Part shown: positions 51,496-61,761 of the stretch, piece after piece
Layout: each line of letters begins with the position of its first letter
Numbering within the stretch: the stretch's first letter is position 1
Position numbers and translations under genes: made by a program
Assembly (NCBI GenBank): GCA_004764695.1
Contig: SMSO01000014.1
Coordinates: 2,165,648 to 2,229,647, forward strand
Length of the DNA: 64,000 nt
Reading direction: 5' to 3'
DNA from: Schizochytrium sp. TIO01
Lineage: Eukaryota; Protista; Bigyra: Labyrinthulomycetes
Notes under the pieces: model-generated
Told to the model about the DNA's origin: nothing
Database searches by the model: none
The model's input: the letters and a program-made list of their open reading frames with translations, nothing else

Positions 51496-53235
51496 AGTAT
51501 CATAATAGTATGTCGTCTGTTCCTATCATTTTAAAGACTAACAGTCTATTGTTTCTATTTCTTGTTGAAACCTAGAGTAGTATGGAATCTATTTTATGCA
51601 AGCCAACGTTTTTCGAACCGGAGCTTTTCCGCTGCTTGTCCTCAGTATCATGATTTCAGGATCATGGCGAAAATATATACAATTTTCAATCAAACATGAT
51701 AATTTTTTAAACATTAGCCAACATTTCACAATTGGCATTTAATTGTGATCTAACGCCAGTCATACTGCTGAGGCTTGGTGTAATTTGGAATGGCATATTT
51801 GGTATTTACGGATCTACATATTCTTGGAAATATGCGAATTTGCAGAATTTCTGCATGTCTGAAAGAAGCTTTGCATTATGCGAAGAGAGGAAATCCTGTA
51901 CCTATGACAACGTTGGAACTAATATAACCCCAAATAGTAGAGACTATTCCATATGAATGATACTAATATTCTTGAAGAACCAGGAATGAAATGGCCAAGG
52001 AGCTACCAAGCTCCAAACACTACAAGTGAAACAAACCTTCACTTCAAATTATTAAAGTGCTTTGTTAAGAATGCCATCTCTGATGTAGGTGAATCTATAG
52101 TTACCTAGGTTTCGGACCAGTGATTTTCCGAGATGATTGCACTTCAAAACCATGCCATGAATGCGGTACCATGCACGACAAACTCGGAACATCCAAGGTT
52201 TTCAACAAAAAAAAAAAAATGAAAACAGATATTAGATCGTGATATTCGCGCCGCAAGAGGCATCCTTTTGCGCTAGCAATCCATCCAATGGCATGATTCA
52301 AGTATTTTGTCTTTGAGTCGTGGGTTGAGCCTTAGTCCCACTTCATCACGAATTTCATAGGTTTATCTTTAACAATAGATAGGAAGGTTAAGAAAGCAAA
52401 TAAAAAAGAAAAGGGGAGAAAGGAGGGAGAGGAGAGGAGGGCCGAGGAATTGTTCCTCGATTCCAAAAATTGCGGTTGGAAGACAGTGCCTTCGCTGGAC
52501 AGCGTCAGCCGATTGTGCTAGCGACCTCGCTGCCAACAGGGGTCCACATTTGATTGCAGACTACCCTCAACCCAGGTCTGTTTTACACACGTTTCGAAGA
52601 TGGAAAGATAATGTTAGTCACCGGGGTTCGAACTCAGGTTTGTGAGGAATCAAAAACTCCTAAGGTTTCGTCTAACACGTACAAGTTTAAGCCACTATAA
52701 TTACATTTGCTTATAAAGACTGCATTATTGCACGTCGCACGGAGGCGGCGGTGAGAAGAAGCGCACACCTACGATCCTCGCTCTGCATAGTCAACGGATC
52801 CATCGCTCTGTTTTTGTAGAGCTCTGAGAACTTTGTAAGGTTATAGCGTTTTGGAGCTACATACTATGTAGCCTTGAAAACTTACTGAGTGTTCTATGAA
52901 CAGTCACTTACGGCTCTACAACGTTCCCAAGGAAATTATTTAATTTGCTAAGCTCGCTGAAGAAAAGGCAGATGTGTGCACATATCATTGGAATGCGAAA
53001 GAGATTCGCCTTCAAGACACTATCGACTTTTTGTAAAACTAAGTAAGCGAGTAAGTAAGTAGGCAGAACCAACTGAGTCTCCTGTAGAAGGCGCAGACAG
53101 CGCGAGGAGCTGAGCAGTGCTCGCAATCCTCGTTGTTGCTTGTAGACGCCTTGGAAGGAAAAGGCAATCTGCTAGGACTCATTGCAAAGAATTTGTAAGC
53201 AGCGTCAGAACATCAACGTCAAGATATCAGAAATC

Positions 53236-54099
53236 ATGGTTTCAAAGGATGCTGTGATTCGCATTTTCGAAGAGCATGCTGATTCTGAGACTAGTATGCT
53301 GCCCTTAAAGAACTTGTACAAGGTTCTCCAAGCGTTAAACCTCAAGACAGACTCGCAAAGCCTGGTTCTCGTTCAAGGCGCCATGAGAGAGCTCTATGAA
53401 GGTGGAAACATTTCCCAAGGTATTCCTTTTGAGCTCTTTTACGCTTGGTATAAACTCGAGGTAGTCCCGGGTCATTATGAGAAACACAACGAGTTACTTG
53501 TGCGTCGAGTGATTGGCAAGGTCAAGCTTCCCACGCGTAATCTCAAGGACAATACGTTTTCTTATGGCCAAAGAAACAGGGCTGACCCAGAGGGTGCTGG
53601 GGAAGTTGTCCTCAACTGGGTTCCAGGAAAGCTGAGCCAGAGCCAGGCCGCGGGTGTATGTCTCATTAAAGTTAACAAGGCTGCTGTCAAGAATAAGCAA
53701 GTCACTCCAAAGCAAGTCAATCAGTTTTTGCAGCAAAACAAGGACGCCCCGCACTTGCAACGACCAAAAATTGAAGGCCGCAAGAAGGACCGTGGACTTA
53801 AGCGCGACCCCAACGCAGTATATGGAATCAGTAGCTCGAGTGAAGGCAAGCACGAAGACATCAATACCATTATCTTTCCTAACTCTTCAGACGGCGGACA
53901 CGACTCTCCGTATGTTGATACTAGTGGTCAGGTTCGAAAGGGACGCTTACCTAAACCTCGGCCAACAAAGTCATCTGACCTCCTTGCAACGCATACACGT
54001 ACGGAGAAGGAACAGAAGGAGGCCCCGCCAGGATCGTGGAAGATGAACAAGTTTACTAAGAATGCCAAGCCCCGTATCAATTTCCCGGTTCCCAACTAA
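53236..54099 (+). CDS. CFAP77: CFAP77-like cilia/flagella-associated protein with an N-terminal EF-hand-like segment
   Basis: GKVKLPTRNL...FSYG...DPEGAGEVVLNW, N.AAV, YG.SS, PRPTKSS and WKMNKF match the CFAP77 pattern. First ATG at 53236. Confidence 0.75.
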   Translation: MVSKDAVIRIFEEHADSETSMLPLKNLYKVLQALNLKTDSQSLVLVQGAMRELYEGGNISQGIPFELFYAWYKLEVVPGHYEKHNELLVRRVIGKVKLPTRNLKDNTFSYGQRNRADPEGAGEVVLNWVPGKLSQSQAAGVCLIKVNKAAVKNKQVTPKQVNQFLQQNKDAPHLQRPKIEGRKKDRGLKRDPNAVYGISSSSEGKHEDINTIIFPNSSDGGHDSPYVDTSGQVRKGRLPKPRPTKSSDLLATHTRTEKEQKEAPPGSWKMNKFTKNAKPRINFPVPN

Positions 54100-54706
54100 T
54101 ACCTACTGTCCTACGATACAATTCGTACCAATGATGATCACAACAATAATGGCATTGAGAAGTAGAGAAGAGTTTATTTACCTACAGCCTCCCCACGCTT
54201 GAAATCCTTCCCCTGCATTTCCCACTCATTATTCTTCTCACTTCTTTCCGCACCACCTTGATTACTCTTTAACATCGTCACCTTTCCGATAGGATCTTCT
54301 TCTTCTTTCAATTGCACAGGGACGCCACTTCCTTGCTTTGTATCACGTTCTCAATAAACTAACGATACGTTGCAAGGCATATATGCAAGAACTATAGCAG
54401 CAGTAGTAGTTGCTTTCATGTCTTACGACACTATACAGCTTGCAAAATGTAAGGGGTTCAATTCAAGTGCGATTGACAAAACTAGCAGTAGTATATATCA
54501 AACAATAAACCATCCATCCATTCAATCATACAATCAAGCAATCAACCATTTATTCATTCATTCATTCATTCATTCATTCATCATTCATTCACTCTTCAAT
54601 TTTCATTGACTGAACTGCACCCTACTATCAATGTTTACTTGCACGCTCAAACAGCAAAACTCACTAAGTCAAATAAAACTCACAAATTGTTAAGCATGTA
54701 TCGTGA

Positions 54707-55996
54707 TCAAGATGCACTGTATTGTAGGCATCTTGCTCGTAGTTCCTCCGGAGATATCATTTCATGGCAAAATACCAGACCAGGATCTGTGTGCAGAAAG
54801 TCGTCATCTACATCGACATCATCGCGTTCCCGCGCTGCAGATATTGTTGGAGTCTCGTGGTACGCTTCCTTAGGTTCTGCGCCTGACGGAGGCTCAGAAC
54901 TAGTTGGAGGTGCATTGACCTCCTTGCTTTCCTCAACATGTGCTGTAAGTGTGTCCCGCGAGGACGATTGGGAAACATCAGGAGCCTGCTGGCCTTCCGC
55001 ATCAGGCAGGCCCTCTGTTTTAGTCATATCAGTGGTTTTATGATCAGGTGGAGCCTTTGATTCAGTGTTTGAGGCTTCATTACTTTTCGTTGTGCAATGA
55101 TTTTGATCGTCTGGTTTCTGTTCAGTCGAACCTGCGCTATCACCATCAGACTTGGACGCAGGATTTGAAACGGATGTCGTGGAGCTAGCAGGAAGAATGC
55201 TATCGCTTGAGCCTGATTCAGAAGTTGCTGCAGTAGCCTCAACCGGTGCCGGAGCTGCAACAGGTTGTGCAGTAACAACAACGCTAGCAATGGGAGTTTG
55301 CATTGGCATCGGGGGTGGCACACCCATGGGAGGAGGCATACCCATTGGGGGAGGCATACCCATTGGAGGAAGCATACCCATTGGGGGGGGCATACCCATT
55401 GGAGGAGGAATACCCATTGGAGGCGGCATGCCCATTCCCATCGGCCTAGGAGGCATCATCATTCCACCTTGCATTGGCATTCCAGGATAGCTTTGATATT
55501 GCTGGTGGTAATGCTGGTTTTGGTAATGCTGATTTGGTTGCTGTCGATACTGCTGATGATTATGCTGCTGATGCTGCTGATGCTGTTGATGCTGCTGATG
55601 CTGCTGGTTCTGTTGATAATGGTGGTTATTTTGGTGGGCTTGGTGGGCTTGGTGGTGTTCACGCTGCGGTGTAGAATCGTCGGCCTCGCCCATTGCTGCA
55701 CGATAACGCTTTGCAATTTCGGGGTTGTTCATCGGAATGCCACGCATGCCCGAAATAGGCACTGTCGCGGACTCTCTGCCAGGAATGGCATTTGGCACTG
55801 CCGTAAGCTCCTGATCGTGCATTTGCTTCATGTGAACGCTCATTGCAGGGGCGCTCACGAATTTGCGTGTACAGGACAAGCACCGAAAGTGGCGGCCCTT
55901 TTGGTGCTGGATGAGCTGATTCTCGTCCACGAACTCCCTGTCACAATAATAGCAAAATGGCTTTCCCTGAGCCGTCTTGCGGTTGCGGCGACCCAT
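54707..55996 (-). CDS. ZNF207: ZNF207/BuGZ/SUF4-like C2H2 zinc-finger protein
   Basis: MGR..K...KPFCYYCDREF.DE..LIQHQK.RHFRC..C.RK, VH..QMH, VPNAIPGR, GMRGIP; C-terminal ISPEELRA; central (PPPMGM)n and Q/H low-complexity region. Confidence 0.9.
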   Translation of the reverse strand: MGRRNRKTAQGKPFCYYCDREFVDENQLIQHQKGRHFRCLSCTRKFVSAPAMSVHMKQMHDQELTAVPNAIPGRESATVPISGMRGIPMNNPEIAKRYRAAMGEADDSTPQREHHQAHQAHQNNHHYQQNQQHQQHQQHQQHQQHNHQQYRQQPNQHYQNQHYHQQYQSYPGMPMQGGMMMPPRPMGMGMPPPMGIPPPMGMPPPMGMLPPMGMPPPMGMPPPMGVPPPMPMQTPIASVVVTAQPVAAPAPVEATAATSESGSSDSILPASSTTSVSNPASKSDGDSAGSTEQKPDDQNHCTTKSNEASNTESKAPPDHKTTDMTKTEGLPDAEGQQAPDVSQSSSRDTLTAHVEESKEVNAPPTSSEPPSGAEPKEAYHETPTISAARERDDVDVDDDFLHTDPGLVFCHEMISPEELRARCLQYSAS

Positions 55997-57000
55997 CGTG
56001 GACTAAACCCCAAAATGACTTGTCGGCTACAGAAGCGATCGGCCCACTCAGCAAGGTGAGCTTGATGGCCTTAGTTACGGATTTGTTTTGTTGTCTGCTG
56101 TCTTGATTTTTAATTAATTAAAACAAAAAAAGTAAAGAAGCTTTTTTTCAAAAATAGAAATGAGATATATAGGCTGTTAGTTTTCGTTTTAAATTCTAAT
56201 TTTTCTTTTAAAGTTAACGATAACTAGGTGACAGTAGTCCAGAGCTAGTCCGAGAGCGCCAAATGGAGGTGATTCGATAATGAAATGACAAAAGGTCGTG
56301 AGACAAGTCAAGCACAAAGTTATGACACTTAGTCACTTAAGGGCTCAACATATTTAACATGGCCGTTTACTAGTTTGGGCTGATGGAATAATATTTGGAT
56401 CTACAGATGAGTCACAGGCAAAACTGTTTCATGAGTCTCTGGAAAAGCGAACTTTCCGTAATACACCTGCAGATATACTCATTGATGTGGATTTTAAGAA
56501 TTCATGGATTGAGTTAAGCATGTGCTCGAACTTGCCTTACGTTAAGGAGGATATGAACCGTACAACTTAGGTAATGTAATTAGAACGTCAAATAGTAGGT
56601 GGAAAGAAGGATGCAATGAGAGATTCTTCAATTGAACATGCATGTTCACCATGCAAGGACAATCCTTCTCTAATCTTAGACTGTCGAAGCTCTTTTGAGA
56701 CTTTAGTGAATTCTTCTGAATGGCATAGTCACAATTTGGTTTCTGTTTTTGGGTTTTAAGAAATAGAAGAAAGAGACTATGTCTTAGCTTTTTTTAATCC
56801 TACAAGATTTGTAGATTTTAATACACAGTAGTTTAAATAGATAGTTACTCAACCTATATCTGTATACCGATGGAGGTTCTTGAGTATTTTTAATTTAGAT
56901 TAAGGAACCAAACACAACATCTAGCTCGACCGTTTTAGTCTTTTGCTGGCCAGAATAAATTAGATGGAATATCGCTTTCGATTGTGTATGGAGGAAGTGC

Positions 57001-60000
57001 TCACTCTGGTGTTCTTTCCCTGGTGCTAGCATGGTGGGCAATCGTCTGTAATGTATGGCCTTTCAGCAAAAGGGCCAGGGGGGACTGCTCCTGGGTTTGT
57101 TTCATTTTGCGGATATGTGTATCTGTGTAGAATCGAGGAAGCTTAAGTGGCATGTAAAGCTTTGTTGAGTCTCTAAGCACTAGCGCTGAGTTCCCGTCCA
57201 TCGCTTTCCCCGGGATCTCTGATAGAATATGCGAGCTGACTTGAAGGTTTTCTGGAGAAGGCCAAATCTTCTTATAGCGCTGAATAGATGTGGTATAAAC
57301 TGCAAGCACCTCCCCAAAAGAAGAATTGAGCATGTCTGATCGTGTACTATTTCCACTAAGAGATTTGGGAACTTGAGCAAGATCGACCCAATTTAGCGCC
57401 TCTACTCGGTCACAGAGGGAAACCATTAGGCGCGGCTTGGCAGGTTTTGTCCAGCTTGATGTAGATTGCACGTAGGAAGTAACTCTGCGGATCATGTTCA
57501 CAGTAGACGGCCAGACCTTTTGCACGATTGTAATTTGATCTGATTTTACGCAGCTTGGATATCGCACACATAACTCTTGCATACTTTGATGGAAAACTCT
57601 CCACGATGAAGCAAGCCCTTGCCAAAGACTTGATAAATGAGAGATGTCTCGCACAGACACAACACGCTCCTCTTGTGAAGACAAAGACTGAATTAAAATT
57701 AGCCAATATTCAAAAATAGTCGCACATGTTCTGAATATCTCGTCATGTGATAGACCGGCAACATCAGAACTGCGCACACCACCCTCGGCATGAAAAGCTA
57801 AAATTTGCCCATGGGCAGCATCATATCCCATAAGTGGCTCAAAGTGAGCGGCCTCACTGATACGCAATATATTTGCATCGGCCTTAGCAAGAGGTATCTT
57901 CTCCTTCTTAATACGAGCGTTGAGATCATCAAGTTTCAGCTTGTGACGCATTAAAAGCATGTCAACGTACCCGATCGCTGCAGCGAGAATGCCCGATGGC
58001 CCGCAAGATCTCAGGCTTACATCAAAACGTAGATTCTGCGAATCTTCATACTGTTTGAGTTCTGACAAACTCATATATTTTCGAACAAACCTCAACAGCA
58101 TAAGATGTGAAGCAATCTCACTAGAGACAAGGTAAAGTGCACCGCCATCTGAATGGAACGCTTTAAATCGCTTTCTTAAGGTCAAAAGCGAGATTTCACG
58201 GTCCGAAGCCTGCCGAGTAAGTAGAGCAAGGTCAATTTGACGAGATGAGTTCGGGACTGGAAGAGGTTCACCGTGACGTTCTTGCTGATCAACGACTGAT
58301 ATGAGTCTTCGTAAAGCAAGTACCGCATTTGCCTCTGACTCCGTGACATCATGGTAAAAATGTAAATCAATTTCTGTGTGGCCTAACCCTTTTGAAAGAG
58401 GCAAAAAGTGGCACTGGCGAAGCTGCCAGGGGTCTACCTGGCTTAATACAGTTGACTGATTTCCGAAGCAAAGTCTGCCACCAAGCTCTACTGGAATACA
58501 GTCGGGTGAAAGCAAAATGCCTAGCATTTTCTTTGAAGTAACACAGTGCGCATGTGGGAACGAACGAGCCAACTCAGTTAGCTCAGTTCCTGGTTGCCAT
58601 AATATTAATTTCGGGCGAATAGGGTACTGGCCCAACACTTCACAAATATTGCAGAATACACGAAGAAATAATTCAAGACCCTCTTGATCAGGATTCCCTC
58701 TGGCGTCGCAAAGGATGGTGAGTTCGTGTAATCGTCCTGTACGATTTGAGATGTTCTCTAAGAGAAGTAATGCTCGTTCGACAACATATATGAAGCATGT
58801 TAGCAAATCTTCTTTCTGTACAAGATGCAACAAGCAATCATAGTCAGCTCGTCCTCCAATATATGCATATTGAACCAATTGATTGTTTTGCTCATCAATT
58901 TTGTAAGCATCTACATATGGCAAAACAGAATTGACTTTGCTTAAATTTGGAATGTCATCCCAAGCCATATCGTTAGTGAGAAGCTGACGTTTGATCCCAC
59001 TTGCCCCTCTCTTGCGTCGCCATGTAAGTAGCGCTTGTAAAGATTGAGCTGCAGCGATTTGATCACCACGATTGGTCCTCAGTAGTTGTAAAATTAACCA
59101 GTCAGATCCAAACCGTGTGTTGTGTCCGGGGAACCTGCAAATTTTGCGAATCTGTACGACCTTGTTGATTTCTGTATTAGAAACTTGCCCATCTTTGTAC
59201 AAGTCCAATATGCTGCTGTCTTGAGTTGAGTCTCTTTCCAGTTCTTGCTTTAGATCATTTGTGAGAGACTGTAGAAGTTGGTAGTCCCGAACAAACGATG
59301 ATTTGAATGCAAATAAAAAGAGACTTCCTGTTAGTTGCAAGATTGCAAGGATGAGCTGATGCGAAGTACATTTGATTGGAAACGAGTCTCCATCAATTAC
59401 CTGCACATCCAAGCAGTCAATATATACCTCGTTCACAATATAAGTGGTAAAGAAAACGCGATAAAGGGCGAATAGGAAAGTGGTTAAGTCCTCTGCAAAG
59501 GCACCAATAACAATGAGTCGAGCTCGGGTCTGACGACGCTGAAGCCGCTCAAGTTCGAGCTCGACAACTTTGTGCTGAGATGGCTCAGCTTCGAAGGGCT
59601 CATTTAAAGAGTTCGTGGACATTGTTTTAAATACCCCAAACTCTGATGATGAGGCGTTATCGGCCCATTCAAGATCTTCTGACCATTCTGACGGAACGAC
59701 CTCCTTCGAGCGTGAGCGCTGCATACGTGATTTTCTCCCTTTCGCAACCTGAATGCCAACATAGATCTCCCCACGAATTGTGTTGGCGTGTTGAATATGC
59801 TTGAGAAGAACAAATAGTGAGAACGTGGATACTCCAATTGTACACAAAATGTAGAGAATGCGATACACTGTATTATCGCTCATCGATGGCTCCCGCATAA
59901 ATGAAATGAAATTTGCGATATCCAGCGTGTTGTCAATAAGTTCTGCCCCAATGATAAATAGCGTCTGCAAGAGCTCGCGGCGGCCTGTTCTTCGATTTTG

Positions 60001-60108
60001 CATCGAAAGCGGCAATATTTCATGTGCTGAAGCTCTCTCGTTTACTACATGAGATCTTCTTTGCCGTGCTTTGCGAACAGCATCACTAACCCACATTCTA
60101 GCATGCAA
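57001..60108 (-). CDS. Membrane protein with ~3-4 N-terminal TM helices and two degenerate CRAL-TRIO/Sec14-like domains (1035 aa)
   Basis: Hydrophobic helices; CRAL-N-like WLILQLLRTNRGD..AAA.SL..LL.WR and LLRFVRK...AA....DML..R; domain-end motifs IPVELGG and VPKSLSG. The 5' end may include an upstream exon. Confidence 0.65.
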   Translation of the reverse strand: MHARMWVSDAVRKARQRRSHVVNERASAHEILPLSMQNRRTGRRELLQTLFIIGAELIDNTLDIANFISFMREPSMSDNTVYRILYILCTIGVSTFSLFVLLKHIQHANTIRGEIYVGIQVAKGRKSRMQRSRSKEVVPSEWSEDLEWADNASSSEFGVFKTMSTNSLNEPFEAEPSQHKVVELELERLQRRQTRARLIVIGAFAEDLTTFLFALYRVFFTTYIVNEVYIDCLDVQVIDGDSFPIKCTSHQLILAILQLTGSLFLFAFKSSFVRDYQLLQSLTNDLKQELERDSTQDSSILDLYKDGQVSNTEINKVVQIRKICRFPGHNTRFGSDWLILQLLRTNRGDQIAAAQSLQALLTWRRKRGASGIKRQLLTNDMAWDDIPNLSKVNSVLPYVDAYKIDEQNNQLVQYAYIGGRADYDCLLHLVQKEDLLTCFIYVVERALLLLENISNRTGRLHELTILCDARGNPDQEGLELFLRVFCNICEVLGQYPIRPKLILWQPGTELTELARSFPHAHCVTSKKMLGILLSPDCIPVELGGRLCFGNQSTVLSQVDPWQLRQCHFLPLSKGLGHTEIDLHFYHDVTESEANAVLALRRLISVVDQQERHGEPLPVPNSSRQIDLALLTRQASDREISLLTLRKRFKAFHSDGGALYLVSSEIASHLMLLRFVRKYMSLSELKQYEDSQNLRFDVSLRSCGPSGILAAAIGYVDMLLMRHKLKLDDLNARIKKEKIPLAKADANILRISEAAHFEPLMGYDAAHGQILAFHAEGGVRSSDVAGLSHDEIFRTCATIFEYWLILIQSLSSQEERVVSVRDISHLSSLWQGLASSWRVFHQSMQELCVRYPSCVKSDQITIVQKVWPSTVNMIRRVTSYVQSTSSWTKPAKPRLMVSLCDRVEALNWVDLAQVPKSLSGNSTRSDMLNSSFGEVLAVYTTSIQRYKKIWPSPENLQVSSHILSEIPGKAMDGNSALVLRDSTKLYMPLKLPRFYTDTHIRKMKQTQEQSPLALLLKGHTLQTIAHHASTRERTPE

Positions 60109-61761
60109 ACAAGGACTCTGTCAGCTTGCAATTTACCAGTCCACCTAAGTAGGTTTGGCTGATACATCCAACGATCTTCGTTGACGATTTGCAGTTGCCT
60201 AGCTGATAATTTGTTCAGACTTAATTATTATGACGTTAGTAGGAAGTGTGTGCTTCGTGGAGGGGGGGGGGGTTATAAATGATGAAATAGAGAAAGGATC
60301 GCACTTTAATGCAGGGTGACAGGTACTCCCACTGGAATACTTATTACCTTCGATAATTACTTTTGGATCTTGCTAGTGCTTGAAAGTAAACGAAGTACAG
60401 GCGAAATTAACATTAGTTGTGCACAAGGAAGCTTCCGCCTAAACCAGATCAGCAGTAGCCGCCGGAAAACCCTGCGAGAGGCGTTTAAGACAAGCATGCA
60501 GCTGAACACTAATTCACTATCTATGCGGTTTCAAACAAATCGTGGGTTGAGTCTCTTCTGTGGCTATTAAAGCTAAACCAGATATATGGCAATAATTACT
60601 AACGATCTATTTTAGAACAAGTTTGGTAGTAAGAGCCGTTACTATGAGAAACTAGTAGTACAAACATTGATTTGTTTATCTTCAGAAATAAAAGGAATAT
60701 ACAAAAGGAAAATGAAGAACCCTTCTATTTCAAAGATACAAGCGTACAATCCGGAACATGAAAAACTTCGAATGTTCTACCGGCGGTTTAATTTCGAACG
60801 CTTGAACTGTACATGCATACTATATTGCTTCGAGAGGGTGTGCTTTGCTTGTTACTATTTTTAAAACTCCAGTACTAAATATGAAAATAAAATAAAATTA
60901 AAATTAATTTATCCAGAGAACCAGCGGCGAGAGTGTACTGAAAGGTGCAGGGGAGATAGTATTGCAGCGACACCCTTCTGCCATTTACTGCCATTAAGTG
61001 TAGAGTGTGGGAATCATAAGCGCTATTAAAGGTTATTAACTTTCAAGCACAAATTTTATTTATTTATTTTCCGTAAGCCAGACTTTCAATTATCAGAAGG
61101 TTAAGTTACCAAATGTTGCAACTTGAATGAAGTGAAACACAACTGTCGAGGTCTATGTCCAATCTACGTTTATTTTCGCTCTGTACCCTAGGTTTGTGGC
61201 CTCAACAAAATGTACGTACCAATTTTCTAAGCAACGTCGTGTCGAACGGGTCGTCTAAGTTAATGGCACGGAAATGTGAATATGTGAAGTTAATTTTATC
61301 TGTCTGAGTAACACAAAGTGATCACCTTTCTTCGCATCTTCCCAAACAAAGCATTGTTTCGCAAAGTATCCAAGAAGTAAATATAATAAAAACGTATATG
61401 AAGAGGCTGAACATGAATTGATGGCAATCTGGGAACAGGCTTAGTATCATTTGTATCATCACTTAACAACTTTTTTGATTGAAATAAATTGCATTATCGG
61501 GCGGTAGTAGAAGCGCCACGAAGGCGAGTCATCGCTTGATGCGTGTTTCGTGTTTGTATGAAAGAGGGGTCTCTAGGAGGTATAAGTATGTAAGTATGTA
61601 TGTATGTGTATGTATGTATGAATTGTGTAAAAGACGCGTCTATGTAGAAAAGATCGTGACCTTGACATGATCTCTAGAAGCTAAAAATCTGCTTGTGCGC
61701 TTGCAGCAGGTGTGGGCTTACGTAGGCTCGAAGGGGTTGAAAAAGTTGGGGATGCAGAGCT

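Noticed and set aside
52605-52700. tRNA T-arm/B-box-like GGGGTTCGAACTCAGG
   Set aside because: The T-stem is imperfect, and no cloverleaf or good A-box could be built on either strand. At most a degenerate tRNA/SINE relic; tRNAscan-SE would decide.
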